Shown: positions 51,023-62,061 of the stretch, piece by piece
How the letters are laid out: every line of letters begins with the position of its first letter
Numbering within the stretch: position 1 is the first letter of the stretch
Assembly (NCBI GenBank): GCA_012521015.1
Contig: JAAYNE010000093.1
Location: 1,420 to 65,419 of the forward strand
Origin: Clostridiaceae bacterium
GTDB lineage: Bacteria > Bacillota > Clostridia > Saccharofermentanales > DTU023
Length of the DNA: 64,000 bases
Direction: 5' to 3'
Translations under genes and position numbers: made by a program
Notes under the pieces: model-generated
Told to the model about the DNA's origin: nothing
Database searches by the model: none
What the model saw: only the letters and a program-made list of their open reading frames with translations

Positions 51023-53425
51023 ATGAAGAAAATTAATTTCAATAATAACTGGAGTTACTATAATTATGAAAATGGTGATAGGACAAGAAAAAAAATAACC
51101 CTTCCGCATGATGCAATGATTTTAGAAAAAAGAAATCCGAATTGCGACAATTCGTATAATTCTGGGTATTATCCGGGTGGGAAATACATTTATGAAAAGG
51201 AATTTGAAATTCAAAAACAAGATGATAATGAAAAAGTTTTTATTGAATTTGAAGGAGTATATAGGGATTGTGAAGTATATCTAAATGGAGAATTGGTTGG
51301 ATCAAATAATTATGGCTATTCGAATTTTTATATAGATTTAAGTTCTAAAATCTTATTTGATAAATTGAATCATTTAAAGGTAGTAGTTGATAATTCAAAA
51401 ACCCCTAATAGTAGATGGTATTCCGGAAGTGGTATTTATAGAGATGTAAATTTATATGTAGGATGTAAAAATCATCTATCATATAATCCTGTAAAAATTA
51501 CAACTGTTGATGTGAATAAAAACTTTGCTATGATCTCCTATGAAGTTTCGTCAATAAAGGACAAACTTTCTGATTATCGATTTGAATTATCTATTTTTTA
51601 TAATGGTGAATTAATTCAAACAGAAGATGGAGAATCTGGAATTGTTAGTATCGAATTACCTAAATTGTGGTCTGCAGAGGAACCCAATCTTTATCAATAT
51701 AGAGTAAGAATGTTTGAAGGCGATAAACTTGTTGATGAAGATACGGGTAGATTTGGAATTCGAATGGTAGAAACAAATCGTGATAAAGGTTTGTTAATCA
51801 ATGGTAATAAAGTAATTCTTATAGGAGCCTGTATACATCATGACAATGGTGTGCTTGGAGCCATCTCTTTACCAGATGCCGAAAGAAGAAAAATCCGAAT
51901 ACTCAAAGAGAATGGATTTAATGCAATCAGAAGTGCTCATAATCCCATTTCAAAAAATTTACTAGAAGCTTGTGATGAACTGGGTATGTATGTTATGGAT
52001 GAAGCATTTGATATGTGGTTTTCTTATAAAACAGAGTATGATTATGCAAAAGACTTCAGACAAGATTGGGAGAAGGATCTTGAAGCGATGGTTTGTAAGG
52101 ATTATAATCATCCGAGTGTAATTATGTATTCAATTGGAAACGAAATAATTGACACTATTTCACCACGTGCTACTACTATGACAAAAAGATTAGTTGATAA
52201 AATTCGAAGCATTGATCAATCAAGACTAATAATCAATTGTATAAATCCCGGTACTGCTATGCTTGCAAAAACAACAAATGCAAGCCCTGAAGAAATAGAT
52301 GTTGAGATGGAAAGAGCACCTGGTGCAAATTTACTTTTAGAGTCATCGGAAGGAAATGATTTTTTAATTAAATTAATAGAAGATTTGCCGGGAGTTCTGA
52401 GTGGGGATGAATTTAGTGCTAAAACAGAAAAGCTGTTTAGTTATCTAGATGTTGTAGGTTACAATTATGCAATTATGGCTCCTGAATGCACGAAAGAAAA
52501 ATATCCTGAAAGAATTAACTGCGGTTCCGAGAATTTTCCCTCTGAAATAATTGAAAATTTTAAAATTGCTTCAAGATCTGGAGATGTAATTGGAGATTTT
52601 GTTTGGACCGGCTGGGATTATATAGGTGAAGCATGTATAGGAAGTTATACTTACGGCGACAGTGATGAAGGGTTATATAAAAAGTATCCTGCTTTACTAG
52701 CAGGTTGTGGAATTATTGACTTAATAGGATTCCCGACTCAACAGGCTTACTTCAGACAGATTGTTTGTAATCAAATCTCAAATCCATATATTACAGTTAG
52801 ACCGATGGATTTAGATATTGCTAATACATATACCTCTGTTTGGAGACAGTTCGATGGTATTGCAAGTTGGTCTTGGGCAGGATATGAAGACAAACTTGCA
52901 ACTGTAGAAGTCTATTCTAATGGAGCTTTTGTTGAACTATATCTAAATAATGAATTAATAGCGAAGAATCCGGTTAATAATTATTTGGCATCATTTGAGA
53001 TTCCTTATGAACAAGGATCAATAACTGCTATTCAATATGATGAAAATGGAGTTGAGACTGGTAAATGTTCATTAAAGTCGGCCGACAAACAAACCTACTT
53101 AAAGATAGATGTCGAAAAAGATGAACTATTACCGAACGGACAAGATTTATCTTTTATCAATATTGAATTGGCTGATAAAAACGGAATCTTAAAGGTAGCT
53201 CAGGATCAAGAAATATATGTGGAAGTTAATGGAGCTGGTTACTTTGCAGGTTTAGGAAGCGGCAACCCAATGACTGTTGATGAATTTGCTTCAGGTAAAT
53301 GCTGTACATATCGTGGGAGAGCGTTGTTAGTAGTTAGGTCAGGTTTTGAAACAGGAGATATATTTGTTAAAATTGTCTCAGATCATTTAGAAAAAACAAT
53401 TAAGTTAGAGGTAATAGATAAATAA
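51023..53425 (+). CDS. GH2 glycoside hydrolase (beta-galactosidase/glucuronidase family)
   Basis: 800 aa; NAIRSAHNP and YSIGNE motifs of the GH2 TIM barrel. Confidence 0.8.
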   Translation: MKKINFNNNWSYYNYENGDRTRKKITLPHDAMILEKRNPNCDNSYNSGYYPGGKYIYEKEFEIQKQDDNEKVFIEFEGVYRDCEVYLNGELVGSNNYGYSNFYIDLSSKILFDKLNHLKVVVDNSKTPNSRWYSGSGIYRDVNLYVGCKNHLSYNPVKITTVDVNKNFAMISYEVSSIKDKLSDYRFELSIFYNGELIQTEDGESGIVSIELPKLWSAEEPNLYQYRVRMFEGDKLVDEDTGRFGIRMVETNRDKGLLINGNKVILIGACIHHDNGVLGAISLPDAERRKIRILKENGFNAIRSAHNPISKNLLEACDELGMYVMDEAFDMWFSYKTEYDYAKDFRQDWEKDLEAMVCKDYNHPSVIMYSIGNEIIDTISPRATTMTKRLVDKIRSIDQSRLIINCINPGTAMLAKTTNASPEEIDVEMERAPGANLLLESSEGNDFLIKLIEDLPGVLSGDEFSAKTEKLFSYLDVVGYNYAIMAPECTKEKYPERINCGSENFPSEIIENFKIASRSGDVIGDFVWTGWDYIGEACIGSYTYGDSDEGLYKKYPALLAGCGIIDLIGFPTQQAYFRQIVCNQISNPYITVRPMDLDIANTYTSVWRQFDGIASWSWAGYEDKLATVEVYSNGAFVELYLNNELIAKNPVNNYLASFEIPYEQGSITAIQYDENGVETGKCSLKSADKQTYLKIDVEKDELLPNGQDLSFINIELADKNGILKVAQDQEIYVEVNGAGYFAGLGSGNPMTVDEFASGKCCTYRGRALLVVRSGFETGDIFVKIVSDHLEKTIKLEVIDK

Positions 53426-53524
53426 TGACTAAAAAATATTGAGCGAAAATATATTCTAATTTGAAATAATTATTTTTTATAGTTAAAAGAAGATGTTGGT
53501 TTTATCATGTGATGTGCATGGTTC

Positions 53525-53536
53525 ATGTACTTACAT
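53525..53536. promoter_or_regulatory. Candidate AraR operator upstream of araA
   Basis: ATGTACTTACAT resembles the AraR core TTGTACGTACAA (the central TGTACGTACA 10-mer matches with 1 mismatch); 66 nt before the araA start. Confidence 0.35.
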
Positions 53537-53601
53537 AAATAAGAAATTAAATATAAGTAATATGGGCGGGAAAGAGTAAATAACAAGATAAAAAAGGTAA
53601 A

Positions 53602-55062
53602 ATGATGAATAATTATAAATTTTGGTTTGTGGTGGGCAGTCAATTTCTATATGGGGAAGAAACATTAACTCAAGTAGAAAAAAATAGCAAAATAATGGTT
53701 GAAGGCTTAAATAGCAGCGAAAAACTACCATATGAAGTTGTTTATAAAAACACAATGAAAACTTCTGCTGAGATTAAAATGGTAACTATGGAAGCTAATA
53801 ATGATAAAACTTGTGCCGGTATTATTACATATTGCCATACATTCAGTCCGAGCAAAATGTGGATTGGCGGTTTGAATTTATTACAAAAACCTTGGTTACA
53901 TTTCCATACTCAATTTAATAAAGAAATTCCTAATGAAGAAATTGATATGAATTATATGAACTTACATCAAAGTGCACATGGTGACAGAGAACATGGTTTC
54001 ATTGGTGCAAGAATGCGTTTGCCGAGAAAAGTAGTTTTCGGTTATTGGCAAGATGAAGATGCACAAAAAGAAATTGCCAATTGGATGCGTGCAGTTGTCG
54101 GTTACCATTTCAGCAAAGACTTAAAGGTCATGCGTTTCGGTGACAATATGCGTGAAGTAGCTGTTACTGAAGGTGATAAAGTTGAAGCCCAAATAAAATT
54201 CGGTTGGGAAGTAAATACATGGCCGGTAGGCACAATGGTTAAGTACATGGAAGCAGTTACCGATGAAGAAGTGGATGCTAAAATGCAAGAATACCAAGAA
54301 CGATATGAAATAGCGACCGAAGACATAGAATCTATTCGTTATCAAGCAAAAGAAGAAGTTGCTATGAAAAGAATGATGGATGAAGAAGGTTGCAAAGCAT
54401 TTAGTAATACTTTTCAAGACCTTTATGGCTTAAAACAATTATCCGGTTTAGCGAGCCAAAACTTAATGGCTGATGGTTACGGTTATGCCGGTGAAGGCGA
54501 CTGGAAAACTAGTGCTTTAACAGCCGTAATGAAAGCTATGACAGCTGATATGAATGGTGGCACGACTTTCATGGAAGATTATACGTATGACTTTACAAAT
54601 CAATTAATTTTAGGCTCTCATATGCTGGAGATTTGTCCTTCTGTAGCAGCTGAAAGAGCTAAAATTGAAGTTCATCCATTAGGCATCGGTGATCGTCAAC
54701 CACCTGCAAGACTTAAATTTGAAGGTAAAGCAGGTTCAGCAATTGTTGTCAGTTTGGTGGATATGGGTGGCAGATTCAGATTAATCGTTCAAGATGTTGA
54801 ATGTGTGAAACCACCTCAAACAATGCCGAATTTACCTGTAGCCAGAGTAATGTGGGAACCAAAACCGAACTTCAGAGAAGGAATAAAATGTTGGATCTTA
54901 GCTGGAGGAGCTCACCATACTGTCCTAAGCTATGATTGCAATGTTGAAATGATGCAAGATTGGGCCCGCATGATGGATATAGAATTTGTCAGTATTAATG
55001 AAAAGACTGATCCGATTCAATTTGAAAAAGATTTGTTAATTTCAGACATAGTTTGGAAGTAA
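53602..55062 (+). CDS. araA: L-arabinose isomerase
   Basis: 486 aa; N-terminus YKFWFVVGSQFLYGEETL matches AraA. Confidence 0.9.
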   Translation: MMNNYKFWFVVGSQFLYGEETLTQVEKNSKIMVEGLNSSEKLPYEVVYKNTMKTSAEIKMVTMEANNDKTCAGIITYCHTFSPSKMWIGGLNLLQKPWLHFHTQFNKEIPNEEIDMNYMNLHQSAHGDREHGFIGARMRLPRKVVFGYWQDEDAQKEIANWMRAVVGYHFSKDLKVMRFGDNMREVAVTEGDKVEAQIKFGWEVNTWPVGTMVKYMEAVTDEEVDAKMQEYQERYEIATEDIESIRYQAKEEVAMKRMMDEEGCKAFSNTFQDLYGLKQLSGLASQNLMADGYGYAGEGDWKTSALTAVMKAMTADMNGGTTFMEDYTYDFTNQLILGSHMLEICPSVAAERAKIEVHPLGIGDRQPPARLKFEGKAGSAIVVSLVDMGGRFRLIVQDVECVKPPQTMPNLPVARVMWEPKPNFREGIKCWILAGGAHHTVLSYDCNVEMMQDWARMMDIEFVSINEKTDPIQFEKDLLISDIVWK

Positions 55063-55103
55063 AAGATATTATTTTTTAAAATTATTAAAAAACAATGAAG
55101 AAG

Positions 55104-55139
55104 GCTGTCTCGAATTTCAAAACTTTGAGGCAGCTTTTT
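55104..55139 (+). terminator. Rho-independent terminator after araA
   Basis: 11-bp stem GCTGTCTCGAA/TTTGAGGCAGC (two G-U) followed by TTTTT. Confidence 0.65.
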
Positions 55140-55431
55140 ACTAAAAAGCCGGTCTCTCAAACAAAATATGCTGGAGTGAAAATTAGTATCTTAAGAGCGT
55201 AGATAGAAATGAACTTTCTTTATATATAATGGGAAGTAGCGGCGTAGTCTGAATAGAGTTTTTGACATCATGAATAAATTTGTAGAAATATTATAAAATA
55301 TAAAACATTTTTATTTCCTTAGATAACATCAAAGAAATATTTATCAATGATGAATTAAGAAGAGATGATAAAGCGGTAATAAAGGTCGTAAAAGACAACT
55401 ATAATAATTAATAATGCAAAGGAGTCTAAGA

Positions 55432-57030
55432 ATGAATAGTAAACGGGAAGTCATAAAAACTGCACAAACAGCCTTAGGTATAGAATTAGGTTCTTCTAGA
55501 ATAAAAGCAATCCTAATTGACGATACTGCCAATATTTTGGCACAAGGAAGTTATCATTGGGAAAATATATTAGCAGATGGTATTTGGACATACTCTTTAG
55601 ATGATGTTTGGCAAGGCATTAAGGCTGCTTATGCTGAACTGGCAAGTCAAGTTCAAGAAAAATATTTGGTAGAATTAGAGAAAATTGGTTCAATTGGTGT
55701 TTCTGCTATGATGCATGGATATTTGGTATTTGATAAAAATAATGATTTATTAGTACCGTTTAGAACGTGGCGAAATACAATTACGGAAGACGCCACAAAA
55801 ATATTAATTGAGGAATTCAATTTTAATATTCCGCAACGTTGGAGTATAGCCCATCTATATCATGCCATCATCAATGATGAACCTCATGTAAAATATATTG
55901 ATTATATGACAACATTATCCGGCTACATTCATTGGAAATTAACAGGTGAAAAAGTTTTAGGTATTGGTGATGCAGCTGGCATGTTCCCAATAAATGATAA
56001 TACCCGTCATTTTGATCAAACGATGATTGATAAATTTGGAAAATTAGTTGAAGAATATAATTTAGATTGGCAATTAAATGATATTTTACCTCAAGTTTTA
56101 TCGGCCGGAGAAAAAGGAGGATTTTTATCAGAAGAAGGAGCCAAACTTCTCGATCCTTCCGGAAAATTGCAAGCCGGTATTTTAATGGCGCCTCCTGAGG
56201 GGGATGCCGGAACTGGTATGGTAGCAACAAATAGTGTATTGCCGAGAACAGGAAATATCAGTGCCGGTACATCTATATTTGGAATGGTTGTTTTAGAAAG
56301 AGCATTATCAAAAGTTCATGTAGAATTAGACATGGTAACAACACCTAGTGGTTCTCCTGTTGCAATGGCTCATTGCAATAATTGCACAAGTGATTTAGAT
56401 ACTTGGGTAAGAATGTTTATAGAACTTTTAGAAAGATTGGATTTAGATGTCCCGAAATATAAATTATATGATGAACTTTATTTTTCAGCATTAGAAGGTG
56501 ACAAAGATTGTGGAGGTATGATGACACATAATTATGTTTCTGGAGAACATGTAACAGGTTTCATAGAAGGTCGCCCATTGGTAGTCCGCATGCCTGATGC
56601 TAATTTTAGTCTTGCTAATTTTATGAGAGCAACTCTTAATTCCACGATGGCTACATTGAGAATTGGTATGGATATTCTAACAGTAGATGAAAATATTGAG
56701 ATAGATAGAATGTTGGGTCATGGAGGTTTATTTAAAACAGAAAAAGTTGGTCAGCATTTGATGGCTAATGCCTTAAAAGTACCAATTTCCGTTATGGAAA
56801 GTGCAGGAGAAGGCGGAGCCTGGGGGATGGCTATATTAGCCTTGTATCTGAATTATAAAGATGAATATACATTAGAGCAATTTTTAGAAAAGAGAGTATT
56901 TAAAGATTTGGTTGCAACAGAGATAGTACCGAATAAGGAAGAAATGGTAGGCTTTGATCGATTTTTTGAAAAATATAAAGCTTCCTTAGCAATTCAAAGA
57001 GCGGCTGTAGATTCCTTACCGATGGAATAA
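55432..57030 (+). CDS. FGGY-family sugar kinase, by context L-ribulokinase
   Basis: ALGIELGSSRIKA N-terminal ATPase motif; located between araA and araD. Start at the ATG at 55432 after an AAAGGAG RBS. Confidence 0.7.
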   Translation: MNSKREVIKTAQTALGIELGSSRIKAILIDDTANILAQGSYHWENILADGIWTYSLDDVWQGIKAAYAELASQVQEKYLVELEKIGSIGVSAMMHGYLVFDKNNDLLVPFRTWRNTITEDATKILIEEFNFNIPQRWSIAHLYHAIINDEPHVKYIDYMTTLSGYIHWKLTGEKVLGIGDAAGMFPINDNTRHFDQTMIDKFGKLVEEYNLDWQLNDILPQVLSAGEKGGFLSEEGAKLLDPSGKLQAGILMAPPEGDAGTGMVATNSVLPRTGNISAGTSIFGMVVLERALSKVHVELDMVTTPSGSPVAMAHCNNCTSDLDTWVRMFIELLERLDLDVPKYKLYDELYFSALEGDKDCGGMMTHNYVSGEHVTGFIEGRPLVVRMPDANFSLANFMRATLNSTMATLRIGMDILTVDENIEIDRMLGHGGLFKTEKVGQHLMANALKVPISVMESAGEGGAWGMAILALYLNYKDEYTLEQFLEKRVFKDLVATEIVPNKEEMVGFDRFFEKYKASLAIQRAAVDSLPME

Positions 57031-57176
57031 CCTTAATTAAGAAGAAATTTTATTTTGAATGATTTTTGTAATTTATATTTAATAGTCCTAATATTGACTG
57101 ATCAAAGCTATTATACATTTGCAAAGAAGTTTGCTTATGTTGTTTTTACAATTCGCAAGGAAAGGTATAGATAATT

Positions 57177-57878
57177 ATGAAATACACTGATTTAAAACAA
57201 AGAGTTTATGAAGCCAATATGCGACTACCCGAATTAGACCTAGTCATTTTTACATGGGGTAATGTAAGTGAAGTAGACAGAGAAAATAAAGTTGTAGCGA
57301 TTAAACCAAGCGGTGTCAGCTATGATAATTTAAAAGCCGAAGATATTGTTATTTTGGAATTAGAAACCGGGGAAGTCATTGAAGGGGATATGAATCCTTC
57401 CAGCGATACCGATACGCATCTTATCTTATACCAACGTTTTCCTAATATTGGTGGTATTGTTCATACTCATTCCACTTGGGCTGTCAGTTGGGCACAAGCT
57501 TGCTGTGATTTAACTGCTTATGGTACAACACATGCTGATACTTTCTATGGTGATGTTCCCGCGACAAGAAAATTAACAGATGAAGAAATTTTATCCGAAT
57601 ATGAAAAAAATACCGGTAAAGTTATCATTGAAACATTTGAAGAAAGAAATATTGATCCGATGGCTGTACCGGGTGTTTTAGTATCCGGACATGGACCTTT
57701 TACTTTTGGTGAAGATGCTTCGAAGGCGGTTGATAATTCTAAGGTTTTAGATGAATGTTGCAGAATGGCTACTCTAACTCGTATAGTCAATCCGGATATT
57801 CAAAGAATCGAACAAGGTTTATTAGATAAGCATTATATGAGAAAACATGGACCGAATGCGTATTACGGTCAAAAATAA
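57177..57878 (+). CDS. araD: L-ribulose-5-phosphate 4-epimerase
   Basis: 233 aa; …LVIFTWGNVSEVDRE…IKPSGV… closely parallels AraD. Confidence 0.9.
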   Translation: MKYTDLKQRVYEANMRLPELDLVIFTWGNVSEVDRENKVVAIKPSGVSYDNLKAEDIVILELETGEVIEGDMNPSSDTDTHLILYQRFPNIGGIVHTHSTWAVSWAQACCDLTAYGTTHADTFYGDVPATRKLTDEEILSEYEKNTGKVIIETFEERNIDPMAVPGVLVSGHGPFTFGEDASKAVDNSKVLDECCRMATLTRIVNPDIQRIEQGLLDKHYMRKHGPNAYYGQK

Positions 57879-58113
57879 TTATTGTTTAGAAATTTATTCT
57901 TTAATTTAGAGAAGACTCACTATTAAGAAAAGTCAATAGTAAAAAAGTCGGTCCTAAAATAAAATAAACTTTAATAAAATAAACAATCTATATAATTCCA
58001 AAATTTACTAATTTCTAATTTGCTAACATTAATTTGTGCATCTCTAAAATGCAGTTATATTTGTATAAATTATATAAAAAAACATCAAAACTTTTATGAA
58101 ATATTGACATTGC

Positions 58114-58135
58114 ATACAAAAAAATTTTTTTGTAT
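58114..58135. promoter_or_regulatory. Perfect 22-bp A/T palindrome overlapping a TATAAT element upstream of the second ABC operon
   Basis: ATACAAAAAAA|TTTTTTTGTAT; TATAAT at 58133-58138. Confidence 0.3.
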
Positions 58136-58370
58136 AATGTTATTAAAATTCTTTTAAAAAGTTTTTCAGAAAAGAGTCTGCATTGAAATATCCATTAGGA
58201 ATAAATTTAGATGTTTAAAGTACAAAAATCTTGTTAATGAGCTTCAATAGCAGAATTGTTTATGATCTAGATGTAACTTGTGATTTGTAAGGAGTATTAT
58301 CTGGTTCATTCCTAGAATTACGTAATCGATAACAAAAAGGTTTTATGAATATTCAATGGAAGGAGACGGA

Positions 58371-59864
58371 ATGGAAAAAGAGTACATTATGGAATTAAAA
58401 AATATTTCTAAATCTTTTCCGGGAGTTCAAGCTCTGAACAATGTTAGCATGCAATTTGAGCGAGGTAAAGTTCATGCACTGGTAGGTGAAAATGGAGCAG
58501 GAAAATCAACATTAATGAAAATAATAATGGGTTTATATCGTGCAGATCAAGGTCAGATTTTCATTAAAGGGGAAAAATTTGTTGGTTCTAGTGTAATTCA
58601 TTCTTTACAAGCAGGTGTAAAGATGATCCATCAAGAATTGAATTTTATACCTTTTATGTCTGTTGCAGAGAATATTTTTCTTGGACATGAACCATGTAAT
58701 AATTTTTTGGGGGTTGTTTCTAAAAAGAAGTTATTAAAAGAAACAAAGAAACTTTTAGATAGAGTTAATTTAGATGTTAATCCGAACTTGCCTATGAGAG
58801 ATTTAACAGTTGCAGAAAGACAGATGGTTGAAATTGCCAAAAGTGTTTCGTTTGGTGCAGATATAATTATTATGGACGAGCCCACATCTGCTATTTCTGA
58901 AACAGAGGTAAAAAGACTATTTGAGATCATTGAGGAATTAAAAAGGAAAGGGGTTGCTATAATATATATTTCACATAAACTAGATGAAGTTTATCAAATA
59001 TCAGACAGTATCAGTGTTCTTAGAGATGGCAATTACATTGCAACTTTCAAAACTGCTGAAATAGAACAAGACAAACTGATTAAAGCAATGGTTGGTCGTG
59101 AGTTGGAAAATATTTATCCAGATAAAAGAGCAAAAATTGGTGAAGAAATGTTAAAAATTGAAAACCTTTCTAAGGATAATGTTTTTACTGATATCTCATT
59201 TAGTGTTAATAAAGGCGAAATATTAGGAGTTGCAGGGATGATGGGTTCTGGGAGAACCGAGGTTATGAATTGTATTTTTGGCTTGGACAAATATGATTCC
59301 GGTCAGATATATATCCGTGGAGAAAATGTAAGCATATCAAATCCTAATAAAGCCATACAAAAGGGCATCGGAATGGTTCATGAAGATAGGAAAGAAACTG
59401 GACTCATTCTGGGACTTTCTGTCAAAGAAAATATTACCTTATCAAATTTAGATAAAATATTTAGCGGACAAATAATTAACAAGCAGAAAGAAAATATTTA
59501 TGTAGATGATATAGTCGAGAAATTATCTATAAAGACTCCACACAGAGATCAACAGGTTAAATTTTTAAGTGGTGGAAATCAACAAAAGATTGTTATAGGG
59601 AGAATACTTCTAGATCAAGCGGATATAATTATTTTAGATGAGCCTACGCGCGGAATTGATGTTGGAGCTAAAACAGAAATTTATAAATTAATTGTAGACC
59701 TAGCCGCACAAGGTAAAGCAATCATTATGGTTTCATCAGAAATGAATGAATTGATAGGAATGAGTGATAGAATTATAATTTTGCGCGAAGGACATAAAGT
59801 TGGAGAATTAGATAAAGCAAACATTTCTCAAGAAAAGATAATAAGACGAGCATTGTTAAATTAA
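58371..59864 (+). CDS. CUT2 sugar ABC transporter ATP-binding protein
   Basis: Walker A GENGAGKST; LSGGNQQK. Start at the ATG at 58371 after a GGAAGGAG RBS. Confidence 0.85.
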   Translation: MEKEYIMELKNISKSFPGVQALNNVSMQFERGKVHALVGENGAGKSTLMKIIMGLYRADQGQIFIKGEKFVGSSVIHSLQAGVKMIHQELNFIPFMSVAENIFLGHEPCNNFLGVVSKKKLLKETKKLLDRVNLDVNPNLPMRDLTVAERQMVEIAKSVSFGADIIIMDEPTSAISETEVKRLFEIIEELKRKGVAIIYISHKLDEVYQISDSISVLRDGNYIATFKTAEIEQDKLIKAMVGRELENIYPDKRAKIGEEMLKIENLSKDNVFTDISFSVNKGEILGVAGMMGSGRTEVMNCIFGLDKYDSGQIYIRGENVSISNPNKAIQKGIGMVHEDRKETGLILGLSVKENITLSNLDKIFSGQIINKQKENIYVDDIVEKLSIKTPHRDQQVKFLSGGNQQKIVIGRILLDQADIIILDEPTRGIDVGAKTEIYKLIVDLAAQGKAIIMVSSEMNELIGMSDRIIILREGHKVGELDKANISQEKIIRRALLN

Positions 59865-59905
59865 ATTCTAACAAAGTAATTTAGAAAAATACGAGGTAAA
59901 GATTA

Positions 59906-60868
59906 ATGAATAAGAAGTTGCTTATAGAGAGAAATCAATACAAGAATAAAAATGTTTTACAGAAATATGGATTATTATTTGTGTTTCTTTTTCTTTGTTT
60001 AATTCTTTCTTTATCAACACCAAATTTTTTAAAACTATCTAATATTATTAATATATTCAGATCAATATCAATCATTTCAATTTTAGCTTTTGGCGCAACT
60101 TTTGTTGTTCTTACAGGTGGGATTGATCTTTCTTTAGGTTCCGTGGTTGCACTAACAGGTGTAATTGCGGCTTCGCTAGCTCATCCTAATACTTATCCGC
60201 TAATAGTACCAATCATTGCAGGAATTTTTGTGGGGGTTCTTATTGGATTGTTTATTGGAGTGATTGTAGCGTATGGACGAGTTCCTCCTTTTATTGCGAC
60301 TTTAGGTGTAATGACTGCTGCTAGAGGTGGAGCATTGATTATTGCTAAAGGAAGACCAATACTAGATTTGTCTTCAAGCTTTTCATTTATAGGGGGTGGC
60401 GAAATATTTGGATTGCCTTTTCCTGTTATAATTACACTTTTCGTTTTTTTACTTGTTCTTTTTGTTTTATCAAAAACAAAATTTGGTCGATATGTGTATG
60501 CCATAGGAGGAAATGAAGAGGCATCCCGTGCAGCAGGTATTAAAGTCAATATAATTACAATTATGGTGTATATTATTTGTAGTGGTCTAGCAGGATTAGC
60601 TGGTATTATACAAACGTCAAGAATAGCTGTTGGTCAGCCCAGCATAGGCCAGGGATACGAGATGGATGCAATTACAGCAGTGGTAATAGGTGGTGTGAGT
60701 CTTTCGGGAGGCAGAGGTTCAGTTGTGGGAACAATTCTGGGTTCACTTATTATAGGAGTTCTTAATAATGGATTAGATTTATTAAATGTTTCCTCTTATT
60801 GGCAGTCTGTAGTGAAAGGTTTAATTATTATTGGAGCAGTTTTATTGGATAGAAAAAAGAAGAACTAA
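59906..60868 (+). CDS. CUT2 sugar ABC permease (RbsC-like)
   Basis: 320-aa polytopic protein. Confidence 0.85.
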   Translation: MNKKLLIERNQYKNKNVLQKYGLLFVFLFLCLILSLSTPNFLKLSNIINIFRSISIISILAFGATFVVLTGGIDLSLGSVVALTGVIAASLAHPNTYPLIVPIIAGIFVGVLIGLFIGVIVAYGRVPPFIATLGVMTAARGGALIIAKGRPILDLSSSFSFIGGGEIFGLPFPVIITLFVFLLVLFVLSKTKFGRYVYAIGGNEEASRAAGIKVNIITIMVYIICSGLAGLAGIIQTSRIAVGQPSIGQGYEMDAITAVVIGGVSLSGGRGSVVGTILGSLIIGVLNNGLDLLNVSSYWQSVVKGLIIIGAVLLDRKKKN

Positions 60869-60935
60869 ATGCAAACTAATTTATGTAGAACATTTAAAAT
60901 ATAGACACATATTAAAAAATTAAAGGAGAATACAA

Positions 60936-61967
60936 ATGAAAAAGAAAATCTTAATGCGAATTTTGGTTGTGGTACTAATAATCAGTATCCCTTTGGGATT
61001 ACTTGCTTGTGGGAAAACTGATAAATCTGATAGTGAAACTGCTACTAAGGATGCAAAAGAGGATGTAGAAAAAGAAACAGTAGATGAAGAAAAGAAGGAT
61101 GAAAAAACAGAAGAAGATGAAGACATTGTTATAGGCTTTAGTAATCTCACTCTTAAAAATGAATTTATGGTTGCTTTACAGGATGGAATAGAGGATAAAT
61201 GCAAAGAATTAGATGTTAAACTTATTGCAGTTAATCCAGAGTTGGATGCAGAAACACAAATTCAACAGATAGAGAGTTTCATTTCACAAGAAGTTGACGC
61301 TATTATAATTGATCCAGTTGATTCAAATGCAAGTGCACCTGCCGTTGAAAAAGCAAAGGATGCTGGAATACCAATTGTTTGTGTTAATTCTATAACTGAT
61401 GCAGAACCTGATGCTTTTGTAGGATCGAATGATGAAGAAGCAGCAGAAATTGCAATTAATTACCTTGCTGAACGGCTTGATGAAAAAGGCAATATTTTTA
61501 TGATACATGGTAATCCAGGACAATCAGCAGAAGTTAAAAGAAGTGATGGAGCATACAAGACTTTAGAAAATTATCCAAATATGGAATTAAAAGCGGAAGA
61601 CTATTCTGAGCAATGGTCAAGAGAAGATGCCATGAAACTGACGGAGAATTGGTTACAAGCATTCGGAGATGACGTAGATGGAATTTTTTCTCATAATGAT
61701 GATATGGCAATGGGGTCTCTATTGGCTTTAGAAAATGCAGGAGTAAAAGAAAAAGTTGTACTTATAGGTGTTGATGCAAACCCAGAAGCACTTCAAGCAG
61801 TTAAAGATGGAAGACTTGATGCAACTGTATTTCAAGATGCGTATGGTCAAGGGCAAGGCTCAGTTGAAGTAGCGGTAAAACTTGTAAAGGGTGAAGTTGT
61901 AGAGGAACAAGGTTTCATTCCATTTCAATTAGTTACTATAGAAAACGTTGAAGATTATATTAAATAA
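60936..61967 (+). CDS. Sugar ABC substrate-binding lipoprotein (RbsB-like) with acidic linker
   Basis: Lipobox LLAC; ~40-aa K/E/D-rich tether; type I PBP fold. Confidence 0.8.
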   Translation: MKKKILMRILVVVLIISIPLGLLACGKTDKSDSETATKDAKEDVEKETVDEEKKDEKTEEDEDIVIGFSNLTLKNEFMVALQDGIEDKCKELDVKLIAVNPELDAETQIQQIESFISQEVDAIIIDPVDSNASAPAVEKAKDAGIPIVCVNSITDAEPDAFVGSNDEEAAEIAINYLAERLDEKGNIFMIHGNPGQSAEVKRSDGAYKTLENYPNMELKAEDYSEQWSREDAMKLTENWLQAFGDDVDGIFSHNDDMAMGSLLALENAGVKEKVVLIGVDANPEALQAVKDGRLDATVFQDAYGQGQGSVEVAVKLVKGEVVEEQGFIPFQLVTIENVEDYIK

Positions 61968-61998
61968 CTTAACTATAAGGAATTTTGTGATGAAGGCT

Positions 61999-62061
61999 GG
62001 GGGGTACAGACAATCTCTTGGTATTCCCGCTTAGATAGTCTAAGAAAATGTCCAACCCCCC
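61999..62061 (+). other. Nested hairpin element bounded by G6 and C6 runs
   Basis: GGGGGGT…GACA (61999-62012) pairs with TGTC…ACCCCCC (62049-62061). Inner hairpin CTTAGA-tag-TCTAAG (62030-62044). Starts 31 nt after the SBP stop; no U-tract. Confidence 0.4.

Noticed and set aside
58104-58138. TTGACA … TATAAT pair as a textbook promoter
   Set aside because: The spacer is 23 nt, well outside the 16-18 nt optimum. Only the -10-like element is retained as part of the palindrome observation.
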